Assembly (NCBI GenBank): GCA_951406725.2
Contig: OX597816.1
Span: 77,314,001 to 77,378,000, forward strand
DNA from: Octopus vulgaris
Taxonomy: Eukaryota
Direction of reading: 5' to 3'
DNA: 64,000 nucleotides
Shown: positions 41,760 to 54,532 of the stretch, piece by piece
Layout of the letters: every line of letters starts with the position of its first letter
How positions within the stretch are numbered: position 1 is the stretch's first letter
Program-made: the position numbers and the translations under genes
Notes under the pieces: model-generated
The model's input: the letters and a program-made list of their open reading frames with translations, nothing else
What the model was told of the DNA's origin: nothing
The model's database searches: none

Positions 41760-42291
41760 TCGCTATGCATGTGTAGGCGTACTTATATGTGAGCGTATTT
41801 GTATACGAAAGTGTTAGAGATTGTGCGCATTTATGCATGTGAGTGTATGTTTGTGAAAGTATATGTGTATACGTGTTAAACGTATCGACGGCTTTAGAGC
41901 TGCGTTCATATTAATTATAAGTAACAATGGTGGGTAGGAGTAAAGTATATACAAAACACATTCACATACAGTGAGAGAGAGAGGCGGGGCTCATACACAT
42001 GTGTGTATGCATTTATACACGAAAGGAAGAACAGTGATTCCTGACAAAGGTAGAAGATGAGAAATGTAGTTGAAAGGACACCGATGAAGTGCTGTTCTGC
42101 CTGGTGCATGAATTGTGTTCAGTTTATAGGAAATTCCAATCGGAGGGTTCGTTTATTTCATTTTCCATGAGGGGCATAGAATCTGAAGTTTCGACCCTTA
42201 TTCATCGTCTGTAGGTGAGTAAAGGAGAATATGAGGTGTTGTAGCTTGGGAATATTAACTGGACTCCTTCATAATTTGAACTCAGGACGTT

Positions 42292-42495
42292 CGAGGGGAC
42301 GTTGAAAAGTTCCTAGCTTTGGTTAAAAGAAAATACAGGAGGATCAGTTAATTATGGTTTTATTTAACATATTCCCCTCTCAGATTCACATACTTATTGC
42401 AGCGGTCCTTCAATTTTTATAAGTCCTGTAAAAGAACTCGGACGGTTGGGCCTTTTGTGACTCCCACAAAGCCAGGAACTTTTCAGCACACCCTC
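42292..42495. mobile_element. Mariner-type MITE, second copy
   Basis: TIRs CGAGGGGACGTTGAAAAGTTCC / GGAACTTTTCAGCACACCCTC; interior is the reverse complement of 21293-21507. Confidence 0.85.
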
Positions 42496-42597
42496 AAAAA
42501 GAGACAACTTAAGTGTACTGCAAGGCTTTAGAAATACGCTGAGACTATGTAAAAGCCACTTGCGGTCGGATCGCAGATCTCTATAAATAGCAGCCCG

Positions 42598-42690
<93 letters not shown>

Positions 42691-42916
42691 TATTCATATA
42701 ATGACACACGTGCTTTTCTCTGAAGTACTTGCTCCTTTCTCTTTTCCCTCCTCTCTGGACTTTTTCCTCTTACTGACGACGATGAATGCTCGAAACGTCA
42801 CTTCTACTTCTATTTTTCCATTTTAAACTCTCACTGAGTGTTAGTCTAATGTATTCACTGTGAAGGTCTAATGACATTTGTTGTTTTTTCCTGTTTTTTT
42901 TTTATTCATGATTTAC

Positions 42917-42949
<33 letters not shown>

Positions 42950-42980
42950 TGTTTATATATACTATGTTTATATTTTGCAG

Positions 42981-43150
42981 ATACCAAAGCAAATGTGTAG
43001 TCGGCCAGACTTGAAATTACGATGGAAAATAAAGAACTGAATGCAATATAAAATTCCGAAGAAAGAAATATATACAGAAAGAAACAGAGATACATATACA
43101 TCTATATATTTACGCCTGTGTGAACGTTTAAACGGATTGCCCAAACCACC
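42981..43150 (+). other. Putative 5' UTR portion of exon with two uORFs
   Basis: TTTTGCAG acceptor ending 42980; uORFs at 42993-43040 and 43022-43051; in-frame TGA at 43121 upstream of the main ATG. Confidence 0.5.
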
Positions 43151-45023
43151 ATGAATGACTGCGAAAATATGCTTAATCGCAGCGCATTGCTGCAAAATGC
43201 CATCAAGAGACGAAACTTCTTACATGATGGCAGTTGTGTCAAATTTCCATATGGACAACGAGATATGGACAGTTCGATTACCTCCAACAGCACTGTCAAC
43301 AGTGCCACTATTGGCAACGGTAACAACGTTGAAGACGCTAGCACCGATAGCAACGACAGCGTTAGCATCGTTAACAACACTAGTGAAATGGACAACGCTG
43401 TCAATGGTATCAACGGCAACGTAAACACGGCTAGCAACAGTAGCGACGTTAGTAAAGAACACTCAAATTGCGACCCACCTTACATGGTGCCCTTCCCAGT
43501 TCACCCCGATGCCATCATTGTCAAAAAGCCCCTCTGTCGTTTGGACTATTCAGCTCGAAACACTGCCATAGGTTCGCTACCTACATGTAATTCGGACCTG
43601 TGGACTGTGCCAGAACAAGACGACGGCGATAATGAAAACGATGGTGATGACGATGACGATGCTGCTGATGATGATGATAAAAATTATGATAATTGTGATT
43701 CTGATTACGATAATGAAAACGTGGTAGGGAATGGAATATGGTGGGCGCTAGAAAAGAAAGAAAACAACCGTTTAGTTGATGTGAAGGGAAGCGAGACGGA
43801 GACAGTAAGAGAGGGAGATAGAAGAGGAGGTGATGGTGTTTGTGTCGAGAGGGAAAAGAAAAATAACGAGAAAGAAAAGAACAACAGCAGTAGTGGTGAC
43901 GAGAAAAGCGACGGGGGAAACATAACGAAAGAGGAAAGTAAAGCAGGTTGGCAAGAGGATGGGGAGAAGGGAAGGAAGTGGGAGGCTACACGAGAAGTGA
44001 AGGAAGAAGGAGAAGCGCAGGAGAAAAAGAAGGAGGAAGAGCAAGAGGCGTTGACACCGAATTGTTATTCTTCAAATGAGTATGAATTCGAGACAGCGAG
44101 TGAGGGAATAGGTTTGCTGGAAGTTAAGGTCGAAAAACAGTTGTGCGGTACTACTGTTCATAGTCCCACGATGTTACGTTTGACTACGACAACCGCGTCA
44201 TGCAATGATTCGGCACCTACAAATGTAACTTGGTCAGATCCTTGTCGAGACCAATCATCGGACACCAAAAGACAGGGAAATAACTTGAAGAAAATCAAAG
44301 AAACAACTGCAATGCCTAAACATCTGGAAACGGATTTCAATACAGAGAACCACTGTGACGAAAATGTACCTTTAATTGAAACGGTTACATCCCAGCAGCG
44401 AGTTAACGACCCAGCACTGGCGGCGCTTCCATCACCGTTGCTACCATGTCCGCCCTCGCTAGCACTGCCTCTTGCAACCCATTCATCGCCTGCTCCTTCA
44501 ATTCCCCCGCATTCTAATCATCCCAAACATCATCATCATCAGAATTTTCCTCAACAACAGCAAAAGCACAAACAACAGTCCCATGCTCATTTTCTTCTTC
44601 CACCTGAAGCTAATCTAACGGTCTCCACAAATTCAGTTCCATCATGTGGCAACAATTCCCCCGTTTCTACAGTTTCTGCCTCTTCTACTACTACTACTTC
44701 TTCTTCTTCTTCCTCTTCTTCTTCTTCTTCTCCTTCTTGTCCTTCTTCTCCCAAAACGACGCACTCTTCTGTCGTCCAAGAAGACAAACCCACAAAAGAA
44801 GAGGACCCTTTCCATACGGAAGTTCTTGATTCAAACCCTGATTACCCAACAACAGGCCATTCCATCAATGATATCATCAAGATGTCCCTTGAGGATTATG
44901 TGGTACTAAAAGACGAAGAGAACAGACGTCTCTCCGTAGAGGTGATACCCACCGCTAACAACAAACCAAGGCAGAGTTACTCTAAGATGGTCTTACAGAA
45001 CATGATCAATGGAACAGAAAATG
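43151..45023 (+). CDS. Large first coding exon (about 624 aa) of an unidentified host gene; acidic, Ser/Asn/Pro/His low-complexity, probably disordered N-terminus
   Basis: Only long non-repeat ORF in the window (2 kb stop-free, higher GC); ACCACCATG Kozak-like context; strong phase-1 donor G|GTAAGC at 45023/45024, after which the sequence turns T-rich. Confidence 0.8.
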
Positions 45024-45287
45024 GTAAGCAAAATCCTTTTGTTGATATGTTCTTTTGTTTGCTTTGGGGTTTTTTGTGGTGCTTTTTGTTGTTGTTTTTT
45101 TTTTTGCTTTTTTTGGTGAGTGAAGGGTCTCTTACTATTATCTTCAAAACATTCTAATGGTAATGTATATATGTTACTGCATGTCTGTGTACCTATATGT
45201 CTATGCAAGCGTCGCATATGTGTACGTGTGTGCGAGCGTGCATACGCCTGTATATTGGGTACATTGGTATGCATATTTGTCTGTGTT

Positions 45288-45318
<31 letters not shown>

Positions 45319-45964
45319 AAGAGAAAGAGAAAGAGAAAACGAGAGAGGTCCAAGTGTATAATGTAATAAAATAAATCCAGCCGTAGTCCGGACGATCTGC
45401 GTCAACTTAATGATAGAATATACAAATCCCGAGAAAGGCAGAAGACAACAAAACAACGGGCAAGAATATAAAATACATAATTACATTGAGAAAATCACAG
45501 AGAAGACTATAGGCGCGTAAATCCGTAGCAATTAATGGTTATCTATATCAGGATCACTTTGAATACCGGGTTATATGAGTTTTATTCGGCAGCAATGGGT
45601 GTCTATATCTGGACGTGTCTGTATGTGTAATGTACGTATAGGTATGCCTTGTTTCAACAGATATGTTAGCATGTATGTATGCATCATGTGCATGCGTGTG
45701 TGCTCCTCTCAGCGCGTGCCTTTGTGTTTAAGTGCTTACATCATGTGCATATACGTCTACTCACAAATCGCAACCAGGCTCCTTTGTTTTTCAGTTTTTT
45801 GACATCAATAAAATAGGCACCAGCCAATAAAACTATAAAATAAGCACAGAGTTCCAAAGCACTCAAATATACTCTAAAAGGCGGTACCCGGATTTGGCCT
45901 TAGTTCTATTACTTAGATGAGTTTTTAAAAATAATAGAATTTATGTTTGAATATTTACACCCGT

Positions 45965-46601
45965 AAACAGGTCACAGGATTAAAAATACAAGTACACACA
46001 TGTGTGAGCGCGCGAACCCATCTCGTGTATCTGCATGTATGTTTTAAATATGTACTTTCCCCCCGTTCTTTGTGTGTATGAGACTATCTATATACCTTCG
46101 TTTATGCGTATATGTCTGTTGAAATATGTTTGTGTATAAGCATATATCCTGTATAGTATATCTTAGAATATCATAAATATTTGAATTATTTGAACACGTG
46201 CTTCAACGTATTTATTACATATAACATACACACATATATGTACATTGCATCCATAAGAAAGAGAAAGAGGAGGCGTGTATATATATATATATGTGTGTGT
46301 ATAACACACATATATACATACACGTATATATTCTCTGTCTCCTTTTTCTCTTTCTTAATATGTGTGTGCATGTGTATGAATGTATGTATGTATATACATA
46401 CATATATATATACACACATACACTGTTTCTCTCTTTCTCAATAAGTGTGTGTGTGTATATACATAAACACACACACACATACACGCGTGCGCGCACATAC
46501 ATGTTCTCCCTATGTGACTGCGTGCGTGTGCGCGCACGTGTGTGTGTGTATGTGTGCTTATAGTATGTGTGTACTTGTATTTTTAATCCTGTGACCTGTT
46601 T
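45965..46601. repeat. Perfect 37-bp inverted repeat pair
   Basis: AAACAGGTCACAGGATTAAAAATACAAGTACACACAT (45965-46001) and its reverse complement (46565-46601). Confidence 0.9.
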
Positions 46602-46639
46602 TTATGTACATATTCAAGCATAAAACATTAAGAAATATG

Positions 46640-46694
<55 letters not shown>

Positions 46695-47724
46695 ATGTGT
46701 GTGTGCATGTGCGTCTGTGTGTGTGTGTGTGTACAGAAAGAGAGGGAAGAACGGGAAGAAACTAAAAAGGAGTACATATATATAAGCCTTCCCTGCACAA
46801 ATTCAAGCATGCGTACAAATATTATAAAGCGCCAGACTAAATACTTCTCCAGTGAACATATATACCCGTCACAACCAATAATACCCATTGGCAGCTATCT
46901 TTTCGGCCTTCCCCTGTATATGGTTTTTGTCATTGAACTACGGCCATTCAGAAGCGTTGCCTACGAAGACCTCGAAAGGAAGACTGGTGAAGACGACTTG
47001 GACGTAAAGGGAGGTAACCAGATCATAAAGGAGCCTGATTCTGCCATTTCTCACAGAGGAAAGGGATTCTGCTTCGAAGCTGTGGTAGAAGATACTTGCT
47101 CAAGGTGCCACGCAGCGAGATCGAACTTGAAAATACACAAGTCGAGCTTATTCACGACAAAACCATGTGTGTGTATGCCTGTGTGTATATCATGAATGTA
47201 TGTATGTATGTACGTATGTATGTATGTATGTATGTATGTATGTATGTATGTATGTATGTATGTATGTATGTATGTATGCTTGTGCGTTTGTGTATGTATA
47301 CTTGCAGGTATGTATGCATCAATGTGTATGCGTGCATTTTATATACATATATGTGTGTGTGCATGTATAAGTAGCTTACTTTCAACGATTTGGTTGACGA
47401 ATTATACATGGACTCTTTCTTTTGCTCGTCAGTAAAACGATATTGCACGAACTTAGATTGAATTTTTCCATTTTCGCTGGACATTGATACCATTTGCTGC
47501 TTTTCGTTTTCTTTTGGCTTGTTTTCCCGATCGATTTTTTAGAATGTTGTAATCGTTATTTCCTAATGTTTCTTCTTAGTCCATAGTTCGCTTTACTCTC
47601 AGTTCAGATTGTGATCATTGTTTCAACAAAACAGGGATTTTGACAGTTGGTTATTTAGGTCATATACTAAATATATCATGCATACACACACACGTATATG
47701 TTATATGTGTGTATGCGTGTGTAT

Positions 47725-47785
<61 letters not shown>

Positions 47786-48010
47786 CCAAAGGATAAGGTC
47801 GCTATGGCGGTATCTCTTAGGTACCCTAAATTATGATTTATATATATATATATATATGTATATGTATGTATATGTATGTGTATATATATATATATATATA
47901 TTATATATAATTAATCAATATAGGGTGGCAAAAAAATTTTGTAGAATTCTTTTGCCACCAGCGGCCTAGTGGGAAAAAATTAAATAGTCATAAACCATTT
48001 TTAAGTTCAA

Positions 48011-48280
48011 CATCACAATCAAGGAACGGCCATAATAGGCCATTCACCCACTAGAAATAACAGCAAAAGCTTTAACCGCAAAATAACATTAATTCCGTAA
48101 ACCAGGAGAAAATTGAAAAACATTTACCCTGTAATTTCTTAGACGATGCATCGTCTAAGAAATTACAGGGTAAATGTTTTTCAATTTTCTCCTGGTTTAC
48201 GGAATTATGTTATTTTGCGTTACTTTTGGCTGTTATTTCTAGTGGGTGAATGGCCTATTATGGCCGTTCCTTGATTGTGA

Positions 48281-48282
<2 letters not shown>
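48011..48282. repeat. 272-bp spacerless palindrome
   Basis: Centred on ATGCAT (48146-48151); perfect over 48090-48207; outer arms have a few indels. Confidence 0.95.
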
Positions 48283-48323
<41 letters not shown>

Positions 48324-48523
48324 TGCGTGTGTCTATGAATACAAACACACATGCGCACACACGTATTCATATGTGTGTGTAATGTATATGTGCGTATATG
48401 TGTTTGTTTGCTTTATGGGCGTGTACGTACATACATGAGTGTATATGTTCCTGCGGGCAACCGTGTATCCGTGCACATGTACGCGCGCGTGTGTGTGTGT
48501 GTGTGTGCGTGTGTGTGTGTGTG

Positions 48524-48586
<63 letters not shown>

Positions 48587-49424
48587 CACAGTGCATGCCC
48601 ATATGTTTTGGTGTCTCTCTCTATTCCCTTGTGTTTCTTTGGGAACCTATTGCTTCTCCAAACAAATGTGTGTGTACGAACCGGCTTTTTAGTATGTTGT
48701 GTGAAAGTATGTAGGTATATATGTATAAAAATATGTGTTTATATACAGCTGAAAGAGACTAAGACAGAAAAAAAAGAGAAAGGGAAGGTGGATCAAGAGA
48801 AAGAGAGAGGCGGGAGAATGAGGGTGTGTGAATTTGTTTTGTAAAATATGTGGCGATAAGCAAAAACAAAAAAAAAAATGTCCCACAAGCCAGACTGCTT
48901 AATACTAAGGGAGGAGGCAGAGTTTCGGTGTTGTTGTCACTCATTACCTCTTACTCTCACCCCCATTCATTCATTCCTTCTCTCGTTTACATTCAACTTC
49001 TCTGTCTGTCTGCCTATCTTGTTCTGTATCTCTTGTTTTCTCTGAAAATAACAGAAAGAAGAGAGGGAGGAAAAAACATGACACACCGCTGTTTTAGCAT
49101 TGTTTTATGGCACCAAAGAACATACGTAGGCTGTTTCAATTACAAGTGGTATTAAAAACTATAACTCTTGGTGGCGACTGTAGCGGTGGTAGCGGCGGCT
49201 TCAGTGGTAGTAGTGGTGGTAGTAGTGATGATGGTCCAGGCGAAGTGTGTCAGAATATTTTGGAAATAGTTTTATTTTATGAAACTGAAATACGATAAAA
49301 TGTAAATAGTAAAATATAGAAAAGAGGAAAATAATTATAAAACACATCGCAGAAGAACAGAATGGGTTAAGCGGAGCAAGTGGACACACGTGGACGAAAA
49401 GGGTCGCTGAAGAGGTGATAAATT

Positions 49425-49511
<87 letters not shown>

Positions 49512-50206
49512 GAAGTAACAGATTCAGAAAGTAAGAAACAAACAGAAGATCAAAAGAAATTGGAGCAACAAGGCCTTTTTAATTGGTTCACCAACGTCGA
49601 GATTTACCATAATGTTTGCATAGATTGATGTCAAGCAAACGGGCATTACAGTTGTCATAGGACTGCACATCCCTTTATTAGAATAACGGCCTTTATATAG
49701 CACATCACTCCAGATTTCTTCATTCTCAAACAGTCTCAACAAGGTTAACGACCTGCAATTCTCCATAGTCGAATAAATTTCAGTTGGGGTTAAGAATTTT
49801 TCTTTGCTGTCACGTGGTTTTTGAGTGCAAGCCTATGACGAGGAAGCAACTTGGGCAAGAGCCTTTTAATATGTGCTGTCACGAGTTGGCTCGTAAGTGA
49901 ATTTGGTACACGGGAGCCGAACAGGGGTACACATGCATATACATCTATATTTTTCTCTTTTTTTTTCTCTCTCGCCATCTGTTTTGTCTCCTCATTCTTT
50001 TCAGTAGAAGCGCGTAGGCTCGAAACATCAAAGACTCTACCATTTTTGATGAGTGTCAAACTTATATAACTTGTTTGTTGTTCCCGAACCTGTCTTTGTC
50101 TGTTTTTTGTACAATTTTGGACCATATATATATGCATACACACACACTCACGCGCGTGCGCGCGCGCGCGCGCGCAGACACACACGCACATACATATAAT
50201 ACATCT

Positions 50207-50536
50207 GAGACCCCCTTCGGTCACGACACAGACCATGGGATTGCACCTAGAAAGTTACCCTCCCAGGCACAAGTCTGGGCAAGGCTGTTTACGGAAGACC
50301 AGCAGTCGCCCATGCATACCATCCTTCCCTCTCCCCGCCACCAGTGTTATCCAAGGGAAAGGCAACGGCCGATACAGCTTGGCACCTGTGACGTCGCAAC
50401 TCATTTCTACAGCAACTGGAGCAATGTGAAATAAAGTGTCTTGCTCAAGAACACAACACTCAGCCCGTTCCGGGATTCGAGCTCACAACCTTACGAGCTT
50501 AAGCTCGACTCTCTAACCACTGGGCCATGCGCCTTC
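50207..50536 (-). mobile_element. tRNA-derived SINE family C, tail type 2
   Basis: Reverse complement of 2777-3082, with a more complete tRNA-like head (B-box GTTCGAATCCC-like). Confidence 0.88.
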
Positions 50537-50588
50537 ACACATAATACATACATACATACATACATACATACATACATACATACATACA

Positions 50589-50614
<26 letters not shown>

Positions 50615-50619
<5 letters not shown>

Positions 50620-52170
50620 CCATTAACCCTTTAGTGTTCTGATTATTCTATCAAACCTAATGCTTATTGATTCCCATTGATTTCAATTAATTATGCATTA
50701 TCCCATATCTTCAAGATATTGATGGTGTAATTACTTAATGTAGAATAACATTGTAGGGTAGGTGTGAGAGCCTGGATCTGGTCAGTTTGAACATAAAACA
50801 GATTAGCTATTTTGGCTGGATATGGCCGGTTTAAATACTAAAAGGTTAATAATGCGGTTTTTTATACTTTTATTTTTCAAAATTAAGATAAAGTCCTTCT
50901 TTAATCTAAAATATAATCTCCATCATATTCTACAATGCTCTTCCAGCTATCTAGCAGAATTGCAAGGACCCTCTTCCAAAATTCACTTGTACTGTTCTGA
51001 CATCGTCTACAGAATTCATATTTTTTCCGTCCAAATCATTTTGAAGAGTGCGGAATAAATGATAATCAGATGGGGCAATGTCCGGCGAATATGGTGGGAG
51101 GGGCATCGTTTCCCATTCAAACTGCTCCAGTCTTTGAAATGTCATCCTCGCTTTGTGTGGCCGAGCATTATCATGATGGAAGAACACCTTTCGTCTTGAA
51201 ACCAAAGATGTTTGTTTTTCTTCTAGCGCGGATTTAAGCCGCTCAAGCTGCTCGCAGTAGATCTACTTTTCTATCGTTTGGTTTGGGTTTAAAAGTTCAA
51301 ATTGTACTAAACTTTTAATATCCCACCAAACAGATAACACCTTACGTAGGTGAAGACCTTCTTTAGCCTGGGGTGCCGGTGTTTCTCCTTTCTTTGCACA
51401 CTGTCTTCGGCGCTTGACATTTTTATAGAGAACCCATTTCTCGTCACCAGTCACTATTTGGTCCCTGGTTGATCAAGACTGTATTCCTGCATCCATCAGT
51501 AAAGAGGTTATGTGCCTCAGCCCAGCAGGTCCTATGTTGCTAAGAGCAATAATAGACGTGGAACCAATCATAACTTTCTGACCGACCATAACCAACGATT
51601 ACAACAAAGAAGAGCAGACATTCACTCTCTGCGCCTGATTAGACTCGGAAAGTTTGTGAAAAACCCATTCACCTAAGCTGCTGACTTTTCCAATGGCACG
51701 CAGGTGTCGGTAAATGGTTTAATGACCAAATCCAAGCTCCTCTCCTAGTTCCCCAAAAGTTACGATGGGATTTTGTTCCACTGGGGTTTGCAGGACGTCC
51801 CTGTCGAGCTCTACAGATCTTCCAGGACGAGGCTAATCTTCTAGTCTGTAGTTTCTGGCTCGGAATTTCTGGAACCACCGTTGACACTGGCTTACGCTTA
51901 TTGTCTGATTCCTATATACGGCAATAATATTCCTCACACTTTCCGTTGCGTCGTTACCTTTAATGAAATCATAAAGCAAAATATACCGAATATGCTCCTT
52001 TGTCACTTCCATTATAGCTTTGAAAAAATAACTGTTCAAATCTAACTGCACTCTTCAAAACTTGCACTAAGAATAAGGTTTTGTAGCAAGTTGATACAAA
52101 TATTCTATCCCATCCCCGTCCGACTTTTAGTTCATGCAATTAAAAAAACTGCATTATTTATGGGATATGT
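50615..52170 (-). mobile_element. Mariner (DD34D) element, disrupted by nested insertions
   Basis: MEVTKEHIR.. from 52012; TGDEKW, HHDNARPH and PPYSPDIAPSDYHLF (34 residues between D and D); TIR remnant CATATCCCATAAATAATGC at both ends, the left copy split by a MITE. Confidence 0.9.
50627..50845. mobile_element. piggyBac-type MITE
   Basis: TTAA|CCCTTTAGTGTT...AATACTAAAAGG|TTAA; TTAA duplications at 50623-50626 and 50846-50849. Confidence 0.85.
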
Positions 52171-52233
52171 ACGTCAGTCAGTCGTTCATAAATCCGAAAT
52201 CCCACCATACTCTAAAGTTGTTTTTGAGCAGTA

Positions 52234-52800
52234 ATAGTCGTTGGTTATGGTCGGTCAGAAAGTTATGATTGGTTTCACGTCTATTATTGCTCTTAGCAAT
52301 ATAGACGAATCATAGGACCTGCTGGGAGGAGGCACATAACCTCTTTACTGGTGGATGTAGGAATACAGTCTTGATCAACCAGGGTTGGGAAAAAGACGGT
52401 GAAACGAAATTCTTCGAAGCGAATTTAAGAAGGTTCCCTGGGTCAAGTGAATCTTTCAGAATCCTTGCCCTTTCGGCCAAGCAAAGTTTGCATTGTCTGC
52501 TCCCATTGAGGTATGGTCCAGGTTGTTCAGGAACTTCCATTTAATCCTGTATGGCGTTCTCTCTTCTCTTAAACGCCATATTGTTCTTAACCAAAGACGT
52601 ATACAACCTGCAAAAAACAAATATATCTTAATAGAAATTGTGCAAGTGCTTGTGATTAGCAATCTTATAAAACTATTCTATGATTCTGCTTCCAGTTTCG
52701 ATGTTTTAATGCGGGACCAGAATCGTTTACATGCATGCACTAAATATTCCTTATTCATTTCGAAAATCACCTGGATAATGGCGGTATTGTAAGAAGGTCG
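52234..52800 (-). mobile_element. Penelope-like element 3' fragment (GIY-YIG C-terminus plus pLTR-like tail)
   Basis: IKWK...GPYLNGSRQCKLCLAERARIL resembles the Penelope endonuclease C-terminal CxLCLxE motif; tail 52234-52384 is duplicated in inverted orientation at 51463-51601. Confidence 0.7.
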
Positions 52801-53269
52801 ATTAGTCATCCTTTCAACAACGTTCCAAATGTATTAATCTATGAGATTTAACTTTAGTGGGCTTAGCTATCACAAGTTTGTTGTTACATGATCAAAAAGA
52901 TAATCTGAGATCCATTCTTGGGTTACGTGGGCTTTGTGAGAAAGTGTTGAGACTTGTTGAAACACGTATGACTTTCTACTGCATATTTCATCTATCTAAG
53001 GCTTAACAATTGTCTCCAACACCACAACATATCCTGTAGTATTAATTTTATGACCTTGCGTAAAGATTTGAGGTGGCATGATAAGAGCTTTGTTACATAC
53101 CATTCCTAAAACCATCACAGTTGCTGGAAACTTAGTGTGCATCACTCTGGGAACATCAGAATGATCTGCACATAGCTACCTATCATTTCTCTTTTTCGAA
53201 GTTTGGTCTTGGTCGAAATTTTTCTCGTAACCGACAGAGTGCCACATACTATATACCATGCCATGTTCG

Positions 53270-53740
53270 TAGGGAGGAGGGGTGATTTTGTTAAGTAACA
53301 GCTTAGCATGGATCAAACGGTTTTCTTGCGTATTTAGCCTGTCAGTGCATTTAGCCTGTCAATAATTAATGTCCTCGTGCACCATAGTTCGGATAGTCCG
53401 CTTCGACACCTGAAGGTTTTTGGTGATGGCCTACATTGATTTTCTGGAAACATTATCGATAATGTTTTAACTCGTTGATTGAAATGTGGTGTCTTTATAA
53501 TGTCCAAACGTTTTGGATTGTTTTTCTCTTTGGCACATTTCAAACATTCTTGCCAAGGGCTGCCATTTCTATCGGAACTTTGTGTACAAAAGATTCTGCA
53601 ACATTTAGAAAGTTGGCAATTTCTAAATCACTGTATTCGGTCTTTTTTCTTCTGTTAACATTTTTTCTGTCATGGGAGATCTGAAAGAAATAAGTACTTT
53701 TTAATGGTTTGAAATGTCCTTGAATACCTCTCGCACCATA
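53270..53740 (-). mobile_element. maT/DD37D-like transposase 5' relic
   Basis: SDLEIANFLNVAESFVHKV, VVHEDINY and AKLLLNKI resemble the 30400 element (VHEDIQY, AKRLLNKL). Confidence 0.6.
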
Positions 53741-53768
53741 TAAAAATAAGCATATATATATAATTGTG

Positions 53769-53834
<66 letters not shown>

Positions 53835-54042
53835 GTGTGTGTGCGTGTGTGCGTGTGTGTGTAGAGAGAGAGAGAGACTCTGTCTCCGCTCATCTGATGA
53901 GATAAAGGTGTCCTACGCACCCACGAAAGTTTAAGTCATGTGGAGCTGAGTCAAACATTAAATGCATGTAATTTCAACTGAATGTCTTGAATGTTACTTT
54001 CATTCGTTTGTTCACTCACTCGTATATACAGATGTGTGTGTA

Positions 54043-54108
<66 letters not shown>

Positions 54109-54240
54109 TGTTTGATGACCGCTTCCTCGTTCTCGAGTATAGACCATCGCCTGAAGCAGTTCAGAATCGTTCTCATGTGAGTAGCACAGGTGTGACTTTT
54201 TCAGGCTGGCTAATGACCTACACTCTTTGCCACAAATGTA

Positions 54241-54532
54241 GAAGGCGCGGGGCTTATTCACCTTACGATCGTAAGGTCGTGAGTTCGATTCGCGGCAGTT
54301 GCGTTGTGTCCTTGAGCAAAACACTTTATTTCACGCTGCTTCAGTCCACTCAGCTCGTAGAAATGAGCAGTACTTTTATTTCAAAAGGCCAACCTGGTCA
54401 CATTCTGCATCACACTGAATCTTCCTGAGAACTACATTAAGAGTACACATGTTAGTGGAATGTTCGGACATTTGCCCGTTAATTTCACGAATAGGTTGTT
54501 CCGTCGGATGGATCAACAGGAACACTCGTAGT
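54241..54532 (+). mobile_element. tRNA-derived SINE family C, tail type 1
   Basis: GAGTTCGATTC B-box, CTTGAGCAAAACACTTTATTTCAC core, tail shared with 1006-1337. Confidence 0.8.

Noticed and set aside
43151-45157. 668-aa ORF taken as a complete single-exon gene
   Set aside because: A strong donor at 45024 and an abrupt shift to T-rich sequence indicate the last about 44 codons are probably intronic.
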